Shown in pieces: positions 1 to 9,736 of a stretch of DNA of 45,823 nt. The stretch's first letter is position 1; every line of letters starts with the position of its first letter. Location: contig PWHO01000023.1 of assembly GCA_003555385.1 (NCBI GenBank), positions 1 to 45,823 of the forward strand, read 5' to 3'. Below the pieces are notes generated by a model. The model saw nothing but the letters and a program-made list of their open reading frames with translations. It had not been told where the DNA came from and did not search any database. Source of the stretch: Bacteroidales bacterium (lineage in GTDB: Bacteria; Bacteroidota; Bacteroidia; Bacteroidales; UBA7960). Made by a program: the position numbers and the translations under genes.

Positions 1-904
1 CCCTGAAGTCTCCCCTGTTTCTCCGCTCGGGGCTTCTTACATGCCTGCCCTCCCAGGGGTACATGCGCCGGTTGGCGATTCTTTCATCTTCGGTGGCACC
101 GATCAGCCCCAAAGCAGCATATTCCCATTCAGCTTCGGTGGGCAGGCGGTACCTGGGCAGCAATAATCCGTCTTCGCTGCGTACGCGGCGTTCGCCGTCT
201 CCTCTGGGATCCAGGTCACGCATCCCTTCACGGACCAGCCCCTCATATTGCCCTGCCAGGTAGGCCTCTGTGTTAAAGTGGTTGGCACCTTCCTGCTCAT
301 CTACATTCCATTCCAGGTAACCTTCTCGCACCAGGATCATTTCGTTGACCCGGTCGGTACGCCAAGAGGCGTATTCAGCGGCCTGAACCCAGCTTACCCC
401 AACCACCGGATAATCGCTGTAAGCCGGATGGCGGAGGTAGTTTTCCACATAAGGCTCATTGTAGGCCAGTGGATCCCGCCATACCAGGGTATCGGGCAGT
501 GCGTTCCTGTATACTTCCGGGTGTGTTTCTCCAAAAATACGGTTCAGCCAGTGCAGGTATTCGACGTAATCCAGGTTGGTAATCTCGGTTTCATCCATAT
601 AAAAGGAAGCTACCGTTACCCGGCGGGGAATGTTGTTCCAGTCGGACATGACATCTTCTCCCGTGCGGCCCATTACAAAGGTTCCGCCTTCAATATATAC
701 AAGCCCCGGCCCGGTTTCCTGTTCCTGGTGGGGACTTATGTCAAACCCGCCTGTTTCAGGGTCGTCAGAATAAGCCCAGCCGGTGGTTCTGCTGGAGGTG
801 TCACTTGGAAAAAGACCACATGAAGAAAGCAATACTACAGATGCCAGTAGCGTGAGAGCTACCGGGAGCCTGTTTTTGAGAGTCCTTGTCATATGCATAT
901 TCAT
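1..904 (-). CDS. gldJ: Gliding-motility / T9SS-associated lipoprotein GldJ (FGE/SUMF1-like fold). Only the N-terminal ~300 aa are present; the 3' end runs off the left edge.
   Basis: The ORF is absent from the track because it is open at the window edge. My own minus-strand translation from the ATG at 904 gives MNMHMTRTLKNRLPVALTLLASVVLLSSCG (lipoprotein signal plus Cys), then ...TGWAYSDDPETGGFDISPHQEQETGPGLVYIEGGTFVMGR...FYMDETEITN...YPVVGVSWVQAAEYASWRTDR...RLPTEAEWEYAA. The gldJ-porU-porV neighbourhood matches Flavobacterium johnsoniae. GldK/PorK is the alternative family. Confidence 0.75.
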   Translation of the reverse strand, partial: MNMHMTRTLKNRLPVALTLLASVVLLSSCGLFPSDTSSRTTGWAYSDDPETGGFDISPHQEQETGPGLVYIEGGTFVMGRTGEDVMSDWNNIPRRVTVASFYMDETEITNLDYVEYLHWLNRIFGETHPEVYRNALPDTLVWRDPLAYNEPYVENYLRHPAYSDYPVVGVSWVQAAEYASWRTDRVNEMILVREGYLEWNVDEQEGANHFNTEAYLAGQYEGLVREGMRDLDPRGDGERRVRSEDGLLLPRYRLPTEAEWEYAALGLIGATEDERIANRRMYPWEGRHVRSPERRNRGDFR

Positions 905-925
905 TTATCTAAGATATTGCGCGTA

Positions 926-933
926 CAAAAATA
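926..933 (-). promoter_or_regulatory. Candidate Bacteroidota -7 promoter box for gldJ
   Basis: The plus strand reads CAAAAATA, which is TATTTTTG on the minus strand. This is a perfect TAnnTTTG match 21 nt upstream of the gldJ ATG. Confidence 0.4.
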
Positions 934-934
934 A

Positions 935-1906
935 CTAAAAAGTTGGAGAGTTTAGTATGCGACGTCCGATATTTCTTTGTTCGCAATTGAACTGTATGGC
1001 GATACTTATCTCATGTACAGCGTGCATAATATCAGCGTAAGCAGAAAAAGAATGGTCATAACTGTAACCGATGCGGTAATTTTCCAGCTTGACACCAAGC
1101 AGGAAAATCAGGTTGTTATTGCTTTCCAGGGGAGTGTTGATCCATTGCCGGTACCAGATTCCTGCCATCAAAGGTTCAGCTCCTGCATACAACCCGAAGC
1201 TCATATGCGTATGTGCTCCCTGATCCTGAAAAATAACATTCGGTGAAAAGAAATAGTTCCGGTTGCTTCTGTGAATGCTTCCCATATCCGGCTCCAGGTA
1301 CATTCCGGCATGTGCCGTGTATTTGATGGCCAGCCTGGAATCTGCGGTATTGTGAAGGCTCATGTTTGGCCGGTTGATGTGGTGTGCGGCAACTCCACCG
1401 TAGAATCGTTCATTGAAAGCCAGTATCCCGGAGGCAAAATCAACCCCGTGTGTCCAGTTGTTTTCCGGGGGAGGTTCATCGGGGTTCGCAAATTCCAGCC
1501 TGCCCCAATTGACATCATTGCGGATGTAGCCGGCCTGAAGACCGAAGTGGATGCTGAGGTCACGACCGGCCTGCAGGTGGTAGGCATATGCCCCGCTGAT
1601 GCTGTTGCGCGTAAAAAAATCAAAGGGGTTGTCGGTGGTTGCTGAAAGCGCCACTCCGCCGCTGAGGGCTTCAATATAGGTGTCAAAAGACAAAAAAGCG
1701 GTGGGAAAAGTTTCAGATCCGTATTGCTTGTGTTGATAGTTGATGCCTATACGGGAGCAGGAAGCTGAACCGGCAAATGCAGGATTCAGGTAAACAGGAG
1801 CGGCAAAGAACTGCGAGAAAACCGGATCCTGGCCACGGGCCTGTTTTACGGGTGCCCAGAGGAAGATTATTATAAGAAAGAGGAAGCCGGAAAGAGTTCC
1901 TTTCAT
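935..1906 (-). CDS. PorP/SprF-family type IX secretion system outer-membrane protein
   Basis: The track ORF 935..1939 begins at a TTG. The first ATG (1906) gives MKGTLSGFLFLIIIFLWAPVKQARGQDPVFSQFFAAPVYLNPAFAG, a signal peptide followed by the QDPxFSQ...NPA motif of PorP/SprF beta-barrels. It lies between gldJ and porU. Confidence 0.8.
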   Translation of the reverse strand: MKGTLSGFLFLIIIFLWAPVKQARGQDPVFSQFFAAPVYLNPAFAGSASCSRIGINYQHKQYGSETFPTAFLSFDTYIEALSGGVALSATTDNPFDFFTRNSISGAYAYHLQAGRDLSIHFGLQAGYIRNDVNWGRLEFANPDEPPPENNWTHGVDFASGILAFNERFYGGVAAHHINRPNMSLHNTADSRLAIKYTAHAGMYLEPDMGSIHRSNRNYFFSPNVIFQDQGAHTHMSFGLYAGAEPLMAGIWYRQWINTPLESNNNLIFLLGVKLENYRIGYSYDHSFSAYADIMHAVHEISIAIQFNCEQRNIGRRILNSPTF

Positions 1907-1983
1907 TTGTAGTTTGATTATTTTGATGCCCTGATACAACGATACAGTATCATGAACAAGTATACATTCAGGCTTGTTTTTGC

Positions 1984-1991
1984 TAATTTTG
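1984..1991 (+). promoter_or_regulatory. Candidate -7 promoter box for porU
   Basis: TAATTTTG matches TAnnTTTG and lies 129 nt upstream of the porU ATG, in the divergent spacer. The long leader makes this the least certain of the promoter boxes. Confidence 0.25.
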
Positions 1992-2120
1992 TGTCAGCTT
2001 CTTGAAATACAAGCGAAAGTGTTTACGTCAAATGTGAATGAAGGGTTGCATCATGGTGGTTGATGCCCGGGGTAAAATATCATCCCTGCTTTCACGTTTT
2101 TTTATGAACCGAGCTTTTTA

Positions 2121-5100
2121 ATGGTCAACTGCCTGATGAATCTTTACAAGGTGTTTTTTCTGCTGATCACAGCCTGGGCGACTGGAATGGCGCCTGCCGG
2201 CAGTATCGCTTCAGACCGGTCCGGCAGTCATCATTTGTCATGGCAGCCTGTGCAGGTCTTTCCGGTTAACGAGGAAGGCCATATGGAGGTTCCCTATTTC
2301 GACGGTGCTGTTTTTTCCGATACCATGCCTGAAGTCCCGGTTTTCAGTTACCGGGTCCGCGCTGAGGTCCCATTTTTTGTTCATCATTTTGAGCTGAAAA
2401 ATAAGACGTTCACCCCGGTTACCCCGAAAGAGGATGAGATTTTGCGTAAAGCGGGTTTGAGGCAGGACACCATCCGTTTGCAACCGGGGCAGCAAAGTAC
2501 ACGGAAACAGCGGTTCAGTACATTGCAGTTTTACCCCTTTCGTTACGATGCTGCCGATGACAGCTATGAAAAGTTATTGTCTTTCACCCTGATCCGTAGC
2601 CAGCAATATGACCCTGAGCTTAAAGGGGAGCATTCCGGATCTTATACAGGTGAATCGGTGCTGCACAATGGCAGCTGGTATCGTTTATGTGTGGATGAAA
2701 CCGGAATATACAAACTGGATTATGAGGACCTGGAGCAACTTGGGGTCAACCCATCCTCTGTTGAGAAAGCAAATATTCGTTTATTTGGCAACGGGTCAGG
2801 GATGCTTCCGGAGGCAAACAATGCCCCGGTGGCGGATGATCTGAAAGAAAACGCCATCTACGTGTCGGGTGATGCATCCGGAACTTTTGGCCCCGATGAC
2901 TATGTGCTTTTTTACGGAAGATCACCCGACAGGTGGTACTGGAACCATTCAGCGGAGCTTTTTCAGCATGAAAAAAACCTTTACACAGAGGAAAGCTGTT
3001 ACTTTATCACCATTGACAACGGATCGGGCAGACGCATTGAATCAAGGCCTGAGACCGATTCTTCGCCCACACATAATATCAATAGTTTTCAGGATTATGC
3101 CCTGCACCATAAAGAAGAGGAAAATATTATCGGAAGCGGACGTATCTGGTACGGTGAAAGTTTCAATTCCTCTGCTCCGCAGCATTTTTCATTTGACCTG
3201 CCCTCAGTGGACCCTGAATCAGAAGTTGTGGTGGAGGCTGAGGTTGCTGCACGTGCTTCTGTGCCGACACATTTTACCATTTCAGCAGGAGGAGAGGAAG
3301 CACAAATACAGGTAGCTTCAATCAATCCGGCCGATTATAACGGCTTTCAGGCCCGCTCTTCAGAAGGTGTGCTTCGTTTTTCTCCCGATGCCTCAGGGGA
3401 GGTGTCAGTCAGGCTGGCATACAGCCGGCCGGCTACCGGCACCCGCGGATGGCTCCGTTACCTGAGGATCAATGCATCCCGGAACCTTGTTTTCAGCGGG
3501 CCCCAGATGGCGTTCCGGTACACCCGTCATCTGGGTCCGGGGCATATTTTCGAATATGTCATGGAGAATGCCGGAGTTGGTGTTACTGTATGGGATGTCA
3601 GCGACAGGTTCCGGATCCGGAAACAGGATGTGACCCTTAACGGCAGTGAGTTGCGGTTTCGCCTTCCGGGCGATAGTTTGCGCGAGATGATCGCTTTCAA
3701 TGGCAGTTCATTCCTTGAGCCATCCCTGAAAGGTCAGGTGCCCAATCAAAACCTGCACGGGATGGAATCCCATGATATGTTTATTGTTGTAGCTCCGGAG
3801 ATGCTTGATCAGGCCGAACGCCTGGCTTCCTTCCGGCGTGAAAACGACGGACTTTCAGTGGGCGTGGTTACCACGCAACAGGTATATAATGAGTTTTCAT
3901 CAGGAAGCACCGACATCTCGGCCATCCGCAACTTTATGAAAATGCTCTATGACCGGGCCGCGACTCCTTCGGAGCTGCCAAAATATCTTTTGCTTTTCGG
4001 AAATGGTACTGTCGACAATAAGGATCTTCTGGGGTATGGGGGAAATCTTATACCGACTTATCAGAGTGAAGCCTCATTGGCCCCGCGAAATTCCTATATG
4101 ACAGATGATTATTTCGGGTTGCTGGCCGACCATGAAGGAGAGGGGGCAGAAGGGGTGCTCGATATCGGCATAGGCCGGCTCCCTGTCCGTACCCCGGAGG
4201 AAGCGGAAGTGATGGTGGATAAAATCCTGCGATATGAGCAACGTGTGCCCGGAATGGCGCCTGATGCCCGGGATCTGGATTATACGGGGGTGATATCGAA
4301 TTATGCCGATTGGCGAAATACCATGGTGTTTGTGGCAGATGACGGGGATCTTAATACCCACTTTAACCATGCCGAATTGTTGTCCGATATTGTGCGGAGC
4401 AATCATCCGTCTTACAATGTGGATAAGATATACCTGGATGCCTATCAGCAGGTGACCACTTCAGGAGGTGCCCGTTATCCTGAAGTGAACAGTGCCATCA
4501 ATGAAAGAGTAAACAAAGGGGCATTGATGATCAATTACATCGGGCACGGCGGGGTGCGCGGACTGGCCCAGCAAAGGGTGCTGACCTTTGACGATATATC
4601 TGCCTGGAACAATAAATATAACATGCCGGTATTCATGACGGCTACCTGTAATTTCAGCAGTTTTGACCAGCCTGACCCGGAAGAACTTTCAGCAGGCGTG
4701 CGCATCGTGCTAAAGCCAGAAGGAGGTTCGGCGGCTTTGTATACCACCACCCGCCTGGCCTGGTCCGGTTCAAACCTGGTGCTGAACCGCAATTTTACTG
4801 AAAACATCTTTGAAAGGAATGCAGCCGGAGAGCACCATCGCCTGGGTGACCTGATAAGGATTGCCAAACGGGAAAGCAGCGGTGGTTCCACGCCCATGCA
4901 GTTAAGGAATTTTGTACTGCTCGGAGATCCTTCTATGCAGATGGCCTACCCTGAGTACCGGGTGGTGACCGAACAAATGCCGGATACCATCCGTGCCTTC
5001 CAGGAAGTGGAAGTCAGCGGGTATGTGGCAGACGTATCGGGAAACAAACTGGCAGGTTATAGCGGGGTATTGTTTCCGACAGTGTACGACAAAAAGACCG

Positions 5101-6011
5101 CTTATCAAACAATTGGCAATAATCCCGGCAGTATGGAGGCTGGGTTCAATGTCCGCAATGCCATTCTCTACAGGGGGATGGCCAGCGTGAAAGACGGGGC
5201 TTTTTCTTTTCGGTTTGTTGTTCCCAAAGATATCGCCTATGATTACGGGGAGGGTAAGATCAGCTATTACATGGATGACGGGATGACGGATGGAAGCGGC
5301 TATTACCGGGACTTCACCATAGGAGGGACCCTGGATTCATTTCAGCCCGATTATGACGGCCCTGAGATCAGCCTGTTCATGAACGACACCAACTTTGTGT
5401 CGGGTGACCATACGAACGAGAATCCCATACTGCTGGCCTTTTTGTCCGATGAAAGCGGCATTAATGTAACCGGAAGGGTAGGGCACGACATTGTGGCTTT
5501 TTTAAACGATAATCGTTCCGACCCCATAAGGCTTAATAGCTATTATGAGGCAGATACGGATACCTACCAGAGCGGGCAGGTGGTTTATCCGTTTTACGGG
5601 CTGGAGGATGGTCGCCACAGTTTGACGCTGAGGGCGTGGGATGTGCATAATAACCCCGCCACGGAGACCATCGAATTTGTGGTGGGTTCTGCAGGGAGGC
5701 TTACCCTGAATGACCTGATGAATTATCCGAATCCTTTTTCCACGGAAACCTGGTTTACCTTCAATCACAACCAGGCTTTCAGCGAGCTGGATGTGCAGAT
5801 TGATATTTTTGACCTGCAGGGGCGGCTGGTTGACCGGATAACCCGAACGGTCAGCTCACCCGGATTCAGGGTTGAGCCGATCCGGTGGGATGGTGTCAGC
5901 AATGACGGCCGTCCTCTGTCCAATGGTTTGTATATATACCGGCTGACACTGGAAAGTCCGGATGGCCAGCGGGCAGTTCAAACGGAAAAATTATTGTTGC
6001 TCAGGCAATAG
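2121..6011 (+). CDS. porU: Type IX secretion system sortase / C-terminal signal peptidase PorU (peptidase C25-like)
   Basis: The ORF is 1296 aa. It has gingipain/C25-like blocks (LLFGNGTVDNKD, YMTDDYFGLL, GIGRLPVRTPEEAEVMVDKILRYE, INYIGHGG, PVFMTATCNFSSFD). It also has its own T9SS C-terminal domain (LMNYPNPFSTETWFTFN...NGLYIYRLTL). porV follows it directly. Confidence 0.9.
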   Translation: MVNCLMNLYKVFFLLITAWATGMAPAGSIASDRSGSHHLSWQPVQVFPVNEEGHMEVPYFDGAVFSDTMPEVPVFSYRVRAEVPFFVHHFELKNKTFTPVTPKEDEILRKAGLRQDTIRLQPGQQSTRKQRFSTLQFYPFRYDAADDSYEKLLSFTLIRSQQYDPELKGEHSGSYTGESVLHNGSWYRLCVDETGIYKLDYEDLEQLGVNPSSVEKANIRLFGNGSGMLPEANNAPVADDLKENAIYVSGDASGTFGPDDYVLFYGRSPDRWYWNHSAELFQHEKNLYTEESCYFITIDNGSGRRIESRPETDSSPTHNINSFQDYALHHKEEENIIGSGRIWYGESFNSSAPQHFSFDLPSVDPESEVVVEAEVAARASVPTHFTISAGGEEAQIQVASINPADYNGFQARSSEGVLRFSPDASGEVSVRLAYSRPATGTRGWLRYLRINASRNLVFSGPQMAFRYTRHLGPGHIFEYVMENAGVGVTVWDVSDRFRIRKQDVTLNGSELRFRLPGDSLREMIAFNGSSFLEPSLKGQVPNQNLHGMESHDMFIVVAPEMLDQAERLASFRRENDGLSVGVVTTQQVYNEFSSGSTDISAIRNFMKMLYDRAATPSELPKYLLLFGNGTVDNKDLLGYGGNLIPTYQSEASLAPRNSYMTDDYFGLLADHEGEGAEGVLDIGIGRLPVRTPEEAEVMVDKILRYEQRVPGMAPDARDLDYTGVISNYADWRNTMVFVADDGDLNTHFNHAELLSDIVRSNHPSYNVDKIYLDAYQQVTTSGGARYPEVNSAINERVNKGALMINYIGHGGVRGLAQQRVLTFDDISAWNNKYNMPVFMTATCNFSSFDQPDPEELSAGVRIVLKPEGGSAALYTTTRLAWSGSNLVLNRNFTENIFERNAAGEHHRLGDLIRIAKRESSGGSTPMQLRNFVLLGDPSMQMAYPEYRVVTEQMPDTIRAFQEVEVSGYVADVSGNKLAGYSGVLFPTVYDKKTAYQTIGNNPGSMEAGFNVRNAILYRGMASVKDGAFSFRFVVPKDIAYDYGEGKISYYMDDGMTDGSGYYRDFTIGGTLDSFQPDYDGPEISLFMNDTNFVSGDHTNENPILLAFLSDESGINVTGRVGHDIVAFLNDNRSDPIRLNSYYEADTDTYQSGQVVYPFYGLEDGRHSLTLRAWDVHNNPATETIEFVVGSAGRLTLNDLMNYPNPFSTETWFTFNHNQAFSELDVQIDIFDLQGRLVDRITRTVSSPGFRVEPIRWDGVSNDGRPLSNGLYIYRLTLESPDGQRAVQTEKLLLLRQ

Positions 6012-6035
6012 CAGGTCGATAGAAAATAATTCAGG

Positions 6036-6059
6036 AAAGGCAGGCAATATGCCTTTTTT
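6036..6059 (+). terminator. Intrinsic-terminator-like hairpin downstream of porU
   Basis: AAAGGCA (6036-6042) pairs with TGCCTTT (6050-6056) across a 7-nt loop, and the stem runs into a T6 tract. Confidence 0.45.
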
Positions 6060-6067
6060 AAAATCGT

Positions 6068-6075
6068 TATATTTG
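6068..6075 (+). promoter_or_regulatory. Candidate -7 promoter box for porV
   Basis: TATATTTG is a perfect TAnnTTTG match. It lies 92 nt upstream of the porV ATG and just after the porU hairpin. Confidence 0.4.
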
Positions 6076-6167
6076 CACTTTTGCCAACCGGGGGGCTTTA
6101 CCGGATTTCAGCACCGGCTCCGCGGTTTGCGTTACAGTCAAATTTGTTTATCAAAAATTGAGAATCA

Positions 6168-7373
6168 ATGAAATCTCTTTTCACTGCTATTGTTGCCTTG
6201 TGTGTGATGCTGATATCTGCCCAAACCCTCACTGCCCAGGATTATCGTGATATGCTGGGCCAGAGAGTGAATACGATCACCACAGCCGTCCCCTTTCTGA
6301 TGATCGCCCCGGACGCCCGTGCCGGTGCGATGGGAGATGCCGGGGTGTCTTCTTCCCCTGACATCAACTCCATGCACTGGAATCCGGCCAAATATGCGTT
6401 TATGGACCAGGACTTCGGAGTGGCGCTGAACTATACGCCCTGGTTGCGTTCGCTGGTTCCGGATATCAACCTTTCCTACCTTACCGGGTATCGGAGGCTT
6501 GATGATTTGCAGACCATTGCGTTTTCCATGAAATATTTTACCCTGGGGGATATCAATTATACCAATCAACTGGGGGAATCCCTGGGCACGTTCAGACCCA
6601 ATGAATTTTCACTGGATGCGGCATATATCCGTCAGTTGGGGCAACATCTCAGCGGTGCGGTAGCCGCCCGTTTTATCTATAGTGACCTGACCCAGGGGCA
6701 GGATGCAGCCGGAATGGAAACACAGGCAGGCATTGCCTATGCGGCCGATGTGGCGGTGTATTACCAGCGTCCCCTGGAGTGGGATACCCCGACGCAGTTC
6801 GCAGCCGGCGTGAACATTTCCAATATGGGAAATAAAATCACTTATACCGATGAGGTGAATGCAGACTTTATCCCTATTAACCTTCGCTTCGGGCCCTCCC
6901 TTACCTTTGAGCTGGATGACTATAACACCCTTTCGTTCATGGTGGACTTCAACAAGCTGTTGGTTCCCACGCCCCCTGTTTATGAGCGTGATGAAAACGG
7001 GCAGGTTATGTTTGACGATGATGGTGACCCAATCATCGCCGAGGGGAGAGACCCCAACCGTTCAGTGGTGGCAGGCATGCTGGGGTCGTTCAGCGATGCC
7101 CCGGGCGGGTTCAACGAGGAATTGCAGGAATTTACCATTTCCGCCGGGGCAGAGTATTGGTATGACGAGCAGTTTGCCATCCGTGCGGGTTATTTTCATG
7201 AGCACGAGAACAAAGGAAACAGGAAGTATTTTACCGTCGGACTGGGTTTGAAGTATAACGTATTCGGGCTTGATTTTTCCTATGTGATTCCCGTTGCCCA
7301 GCGAAGCCCCCTGGAAAACGTACTGCGTTTTTCCCTGTCATTTGATTTTGACGCACTGCGGGCACAACAATAA
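6168..7373 (+). CDS. porV: Type IX secretion system outer-membrane shuttle protein PorV (LptO)
   Basis: The ORF is 401 aa with a signal peptide. It contains the motif PDARAGAMGDAGVSSSPDINSMHWNPAKYAF and has a beta-barrel-like alternating C-terminus. It sits immediately downstream of porU. Confidence 0.9.
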   Translation: MKSLFTAIVALCVMLISAQTLTAQDYRDMLGQRVNTITTAVPFLMIAPDARAGAMGDAGVSSSPDINSMHWNPAKYAFMDQDFGVALNYTPWLRSLVPDINLSYLTGYRRLDDLQTIAFSMKYFTLGDINYTNQLGESLGTFRPNEFSLDAAYIRQLGQHLSGAVAARFIYSDLTQGQDAAGMETQAGIAYAADVAVYYQRPLEWDTPTQFAAGVNISNMGNKITYTDEVNADFIPINLRFGPSLTFELDDYNTLSFMVDFNKLLVPTPPVYERDENGQVMFDDDGDPIIAEGRDPNRSVVAGMLGSFSDAPGGFNEELQEFTISAGAEYWYDEQFAIRAGYFHEHENKGNRKYFTVGLGLKYNVFGLDFSYVIPVAQRSPLENVLRFSLSFDFDALRAQQ

Positions 7374-7381
7374 CCATCGGT

Positions 7382-7858
7382 ATGCGAATCGGTTTCGGGT
7401 ATGATGTACATCGGCTTGAGCCTGGCCGGCCGTTTGTGGTCGGGGGGGTATTAATCCCCCATCATAAAGGAGCTGTGGGCCACTCTGATGCCGATGTACT
7501 GATCCATGCCATCATGGATGCCTTGCTGGGTGCCGCGGCCCTTGGCGATATCGGTCAGCATTTTCCGGATACTGATCCCCGGTATAAAGATGCCGACAGT
7601 AAATGGTTGCTGGAAAAGGTCATGCTGCTGCTTCATCAACAGGGGATGATGATCGGTAATATTGATGCCACTGTTTGCCTGCAGCAACCGAAGATCTCCC
7701 CATATATTCCTGAAATGAAACGGGTGTTGTGCGAATTGATGCAGCTTAACCCGGACCAGCTTTCGATTAAAGCCACCACAACGGAAAAACTGGGTTTTGT
7801 CGGGCGCGAAGAAGGAGTTGCCGCCCAGGCTGTTGCTCTCGTCAGGTCGTCCAGGTAG
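7382..7858 (+). CDS. ispF: 2-C-methyl-D-erythritol 2,4-cyclodiphosphate synthase
   Basis: The ORF is 158 aa and carries GYDVHRL and GHSDADVLIHAIMDALLGAAALGDIGQHFPDTDP. Confidence 0.95.
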   Translation: MRIGFGYDVHRLEPGRPFVVGGVLIPHHKGAVGHSDADVLIHAIMDALLGAAALGDIGQHFPDTDPRYKDADSKWLLEKVMLLLHQQGMMIGNIDATVCLQQPKISPYIPEMKRVLCELMQLNPDQLSIKATTTEKLGFVGREEGVAAQAVALVRSSR

Positions 7859-7860
7859 GG

Positions 7861-8595
7861 TCAGCGCCTCAACTGGAAACTTTCCCCAAGATAGAGTTTT
7901 CTGACTTCCGGGTCTTCCGCCAGTTCGTCGGATGTACCGGCTTTCAGGATGGAGCCTTCAAAGAGCAGGTAGGCCCTGTCGGTAATTGACAGGGTTTCGT
8001 GCACGTTATGATCCGTAATCAACACCCCGATATTCCTCTCTTTAAGCTGGGAAACGATTCCCTGGATATCCTCAACGGCAATGGGGTCTACTCCTGCAAA
8101 AGGCTCATCCAGCAAAATAAATTTGGGGTCAACGGCCAGTGATCTGGCAATCTCTGTCCGCCTTCTTTCTCCGCCTGAAAGTGTAATGCCTTTGCTTTTC
8201 CTGATGTATTGCAGGCCGAACTCATTCAGCAGGCTTTCAAGCTTTTCCTTTTGCTCTTCTTTCCTTTTGTCTGTAAACTCCAGTACGGCTTTTATATTGT
8301 CCTCCACGCTGAGGCTGCGAAACACACTGGCTTCCTGTGCCAGGTAACCAATGCCCATCTGCGCCCTTTTATACATGGGCAGGTTGGTGATGTTTTCCTC
8401 TTCCAGGTGGATGGATCCTTTATTGGGTTTGATCAATCCCACCATCATGTAAAAAGTGGTGGTTTTGCCGGCACCGTTGGGGCCGAGCAACCCCACAATC
8501 TCCCCCTGGCTTACTTCAACCGACACATGGTTGACCACCACGCGCTTCTTGTATTTTTTCACCAGGTTTCGGGTATACAACTTCATACTGTTCAT
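7861..8595 (-). CDS. lptB: LPS export ABC transporter ATP-binding protein LptB
   Basis: Walker A is GPNGAGKTT, the ABC signature is LSGGERRR, and Walker B is ILLDEP. Length (244 aa) and the N-terminal pattern are typical of LptB. Confidence 0.85.
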   Translation of the reverse strand: MNSMKLYTRNLVKKYKKRVVVNHVSVEVSQGEIVGLLGPNGAGKTTTFYMMVGLIKPNKGSIHLEEENITNLPMYKRAQMGIGYLAQEASVFRSLSVEDNIKAVLEFTDKRKEEQKEKLESLLNEFGLQYIRKSKGITLSGGERRRTEIARSLAVDPKFILLDEPFAGVDPIAVEDIQGIVSQLKERNIGVLITDHNVHETLSITDRAYLLFEGSILKAGTSDELAEDPEVRKLYLGESFQLRR

Positions 8596-8625
8596 ACAGA
8601 CAGGTATTAGTAATCGTTAAGGGGA

Positions 8626-9591
8626 TCAGATAATGCCTTCGTTGAGAATATCGTGCAAATGAACAATGCCCTTGTATTCATTATCATCCACAACGATAAG
8701 CTGAGTGATGTTATTTTGTCGCATCAGTTGCAGGGCATCTACAGCCAGGGTATCACCTGTAATGACCCTGGGGTCGACACTCATGATATTTTTGGCCCGG
8801 ATGCCGGAAATGTCCTGATTTTTCTGAAGCATCCGCCGAAGGTCACCGTCGGTAATAATGCCCGCAACATGCCCTTTGTCTAAAACAGCGGTGGCTCCCA
8901 GGCGTTTCCCGGAAATCTCGATAATAAGGGTCTGGATGTCGTCTTCCAGCGTAACAGCAGGTTTTTCATTCCGTGGGTAAAGGTTTTCTGCCGTAAGGTA
9001 AAGTTGCTTGCCCAGGGACCCCCCCGGATGGTATTTTGCAAAATCGCTGGCAGTAAATCCACGGCAGTGAAGCAACGCAATGGCCATGGCATCACCCATG
9101 ACAAGTTGAGCGGTTGTGCTGCATGTGGGGGCCGGATTGCCTGGTGTGGCCTCATTGTCGACCGTTGTATTGATCAGTATATCTGCTTGCCGGGCCAGGT
9201 AAGAGTTGGTGTTGCCTGTCATGGCAATGAGGCTGGCGCCCAGGGCTTTGAGCATGGGAACGAGCACCTTGATTTCAGGAGTGTTTCCGCTGTTGCTGAT
9301 GCACATAACAAGGTCTTCATTCTGGATGATGCCCAGATCACCATGAATAGCATCTGCTGCATGCATGAATATGGCAGGGGTTCCGGTTGAGTTGAAGGTT
9401 GCTACAATCTTTTCTGCAATGATGGCACTTTTACCGATTCCGGTTACAACGATGCGGCCTTTGCTCTGAAGAATCTGCTCCACGGCCCGCACAAAATCAT
9501 CATCGATGTAGTTTTTCAAGCGACTTATCGCCAGCCACTCATCTTCTATCGTGTGCAATGCAATTTCCTTGATTTTACTAGCTGATTTCAC
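8626..9591 (-). CDS. kdsD: Arabinose-5-phosphate isomerase (KpsF/GutQ/KdsD family: SIS domain plus tandem CBS domains)
   Basis: The SIS motif is VVTGIGKS...CISNSGNTPE, and a CBS pair sits at the C-terminus. The start codon is GTG at 9591. It lies next to lptB. Confidence 0.85.
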   Translation of the reverse strand: MKSASKIKEIALHTIEDEWLAISRLKNYIDDDFVRAVEQILQSKGRIVVTGIGKSAIIAEKIVATFNSTGTPAIFMHAADAIHGDLGIIQNEDLVMCISNSGNTPEIKVLVPMLKALGASLIAMTGNTNSYLARQADILINTTVDNEATPGNPAPTCSTTAQLVMGDAMAIALLHCRGFTASDFAKYHPGGSLGKQLYLTAENLYPRNEKPAVTLEDDIQTLIIEISGKRLGATAVLDKGHVAGIITDGDLRRMLQKNQDISGIRAKNIMSVDPRVITGDTLAVDALQLMRQNNITQLIVVDDNEYKGIVHLHDILNEGII

Positions 9592-9650
9592 TTTATTATA
9601 ATTATTGAAAAACTTTGTTAAACCATTTATTTAATACTAAATTTACACTA

Positions 9651-9658
9651 CAAACCTA
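9651..9658 (-). promoter_or_regulatory. Candidate -7 promoter box for kdsD-lptB
   Basis: The plus strand reads CAAACCTA, which is TAGGTTTG on the minus strand. The box lies 59 nt upstream of the kdsD start. Confidence 0.35.
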
Positions 9659-9736
9659 CGCGATTTTTCCCAAAACGGGAAGAATCTGTTATAATTCATT
9701 GATTAAATATTTCGGCCTGTTTTTTGTTACGGTGTT

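Noticed and set aside
248-823. 191-aa plus-strand ORF at the left edge
   Set aside because: It lies antisense to, and wholly inside, the GldJ reading frame, which gives a convincing lipoprotein/FGE-fold translation on the minus strand. The plus-strand product has no recognisable features and an odd composition.
2090-2097. parS-like half-site TTTCACGT, looked for because parAB are in the window
   Set aside because: Only half of the TGTTNCACGTGAAACA palindrome is present, and it is 27 kb from parAB. By eye I found no full parS site in the window, and a proper pattern search would be needed to be sure.
6859-7251. 130-aa alternative-frame ORF inside porV
   Set aside because: It is on the same strand but out of frame within a well-supported beta-barrel gene. 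Its Trp/Ser/Pro-rich translation is not protein-like.
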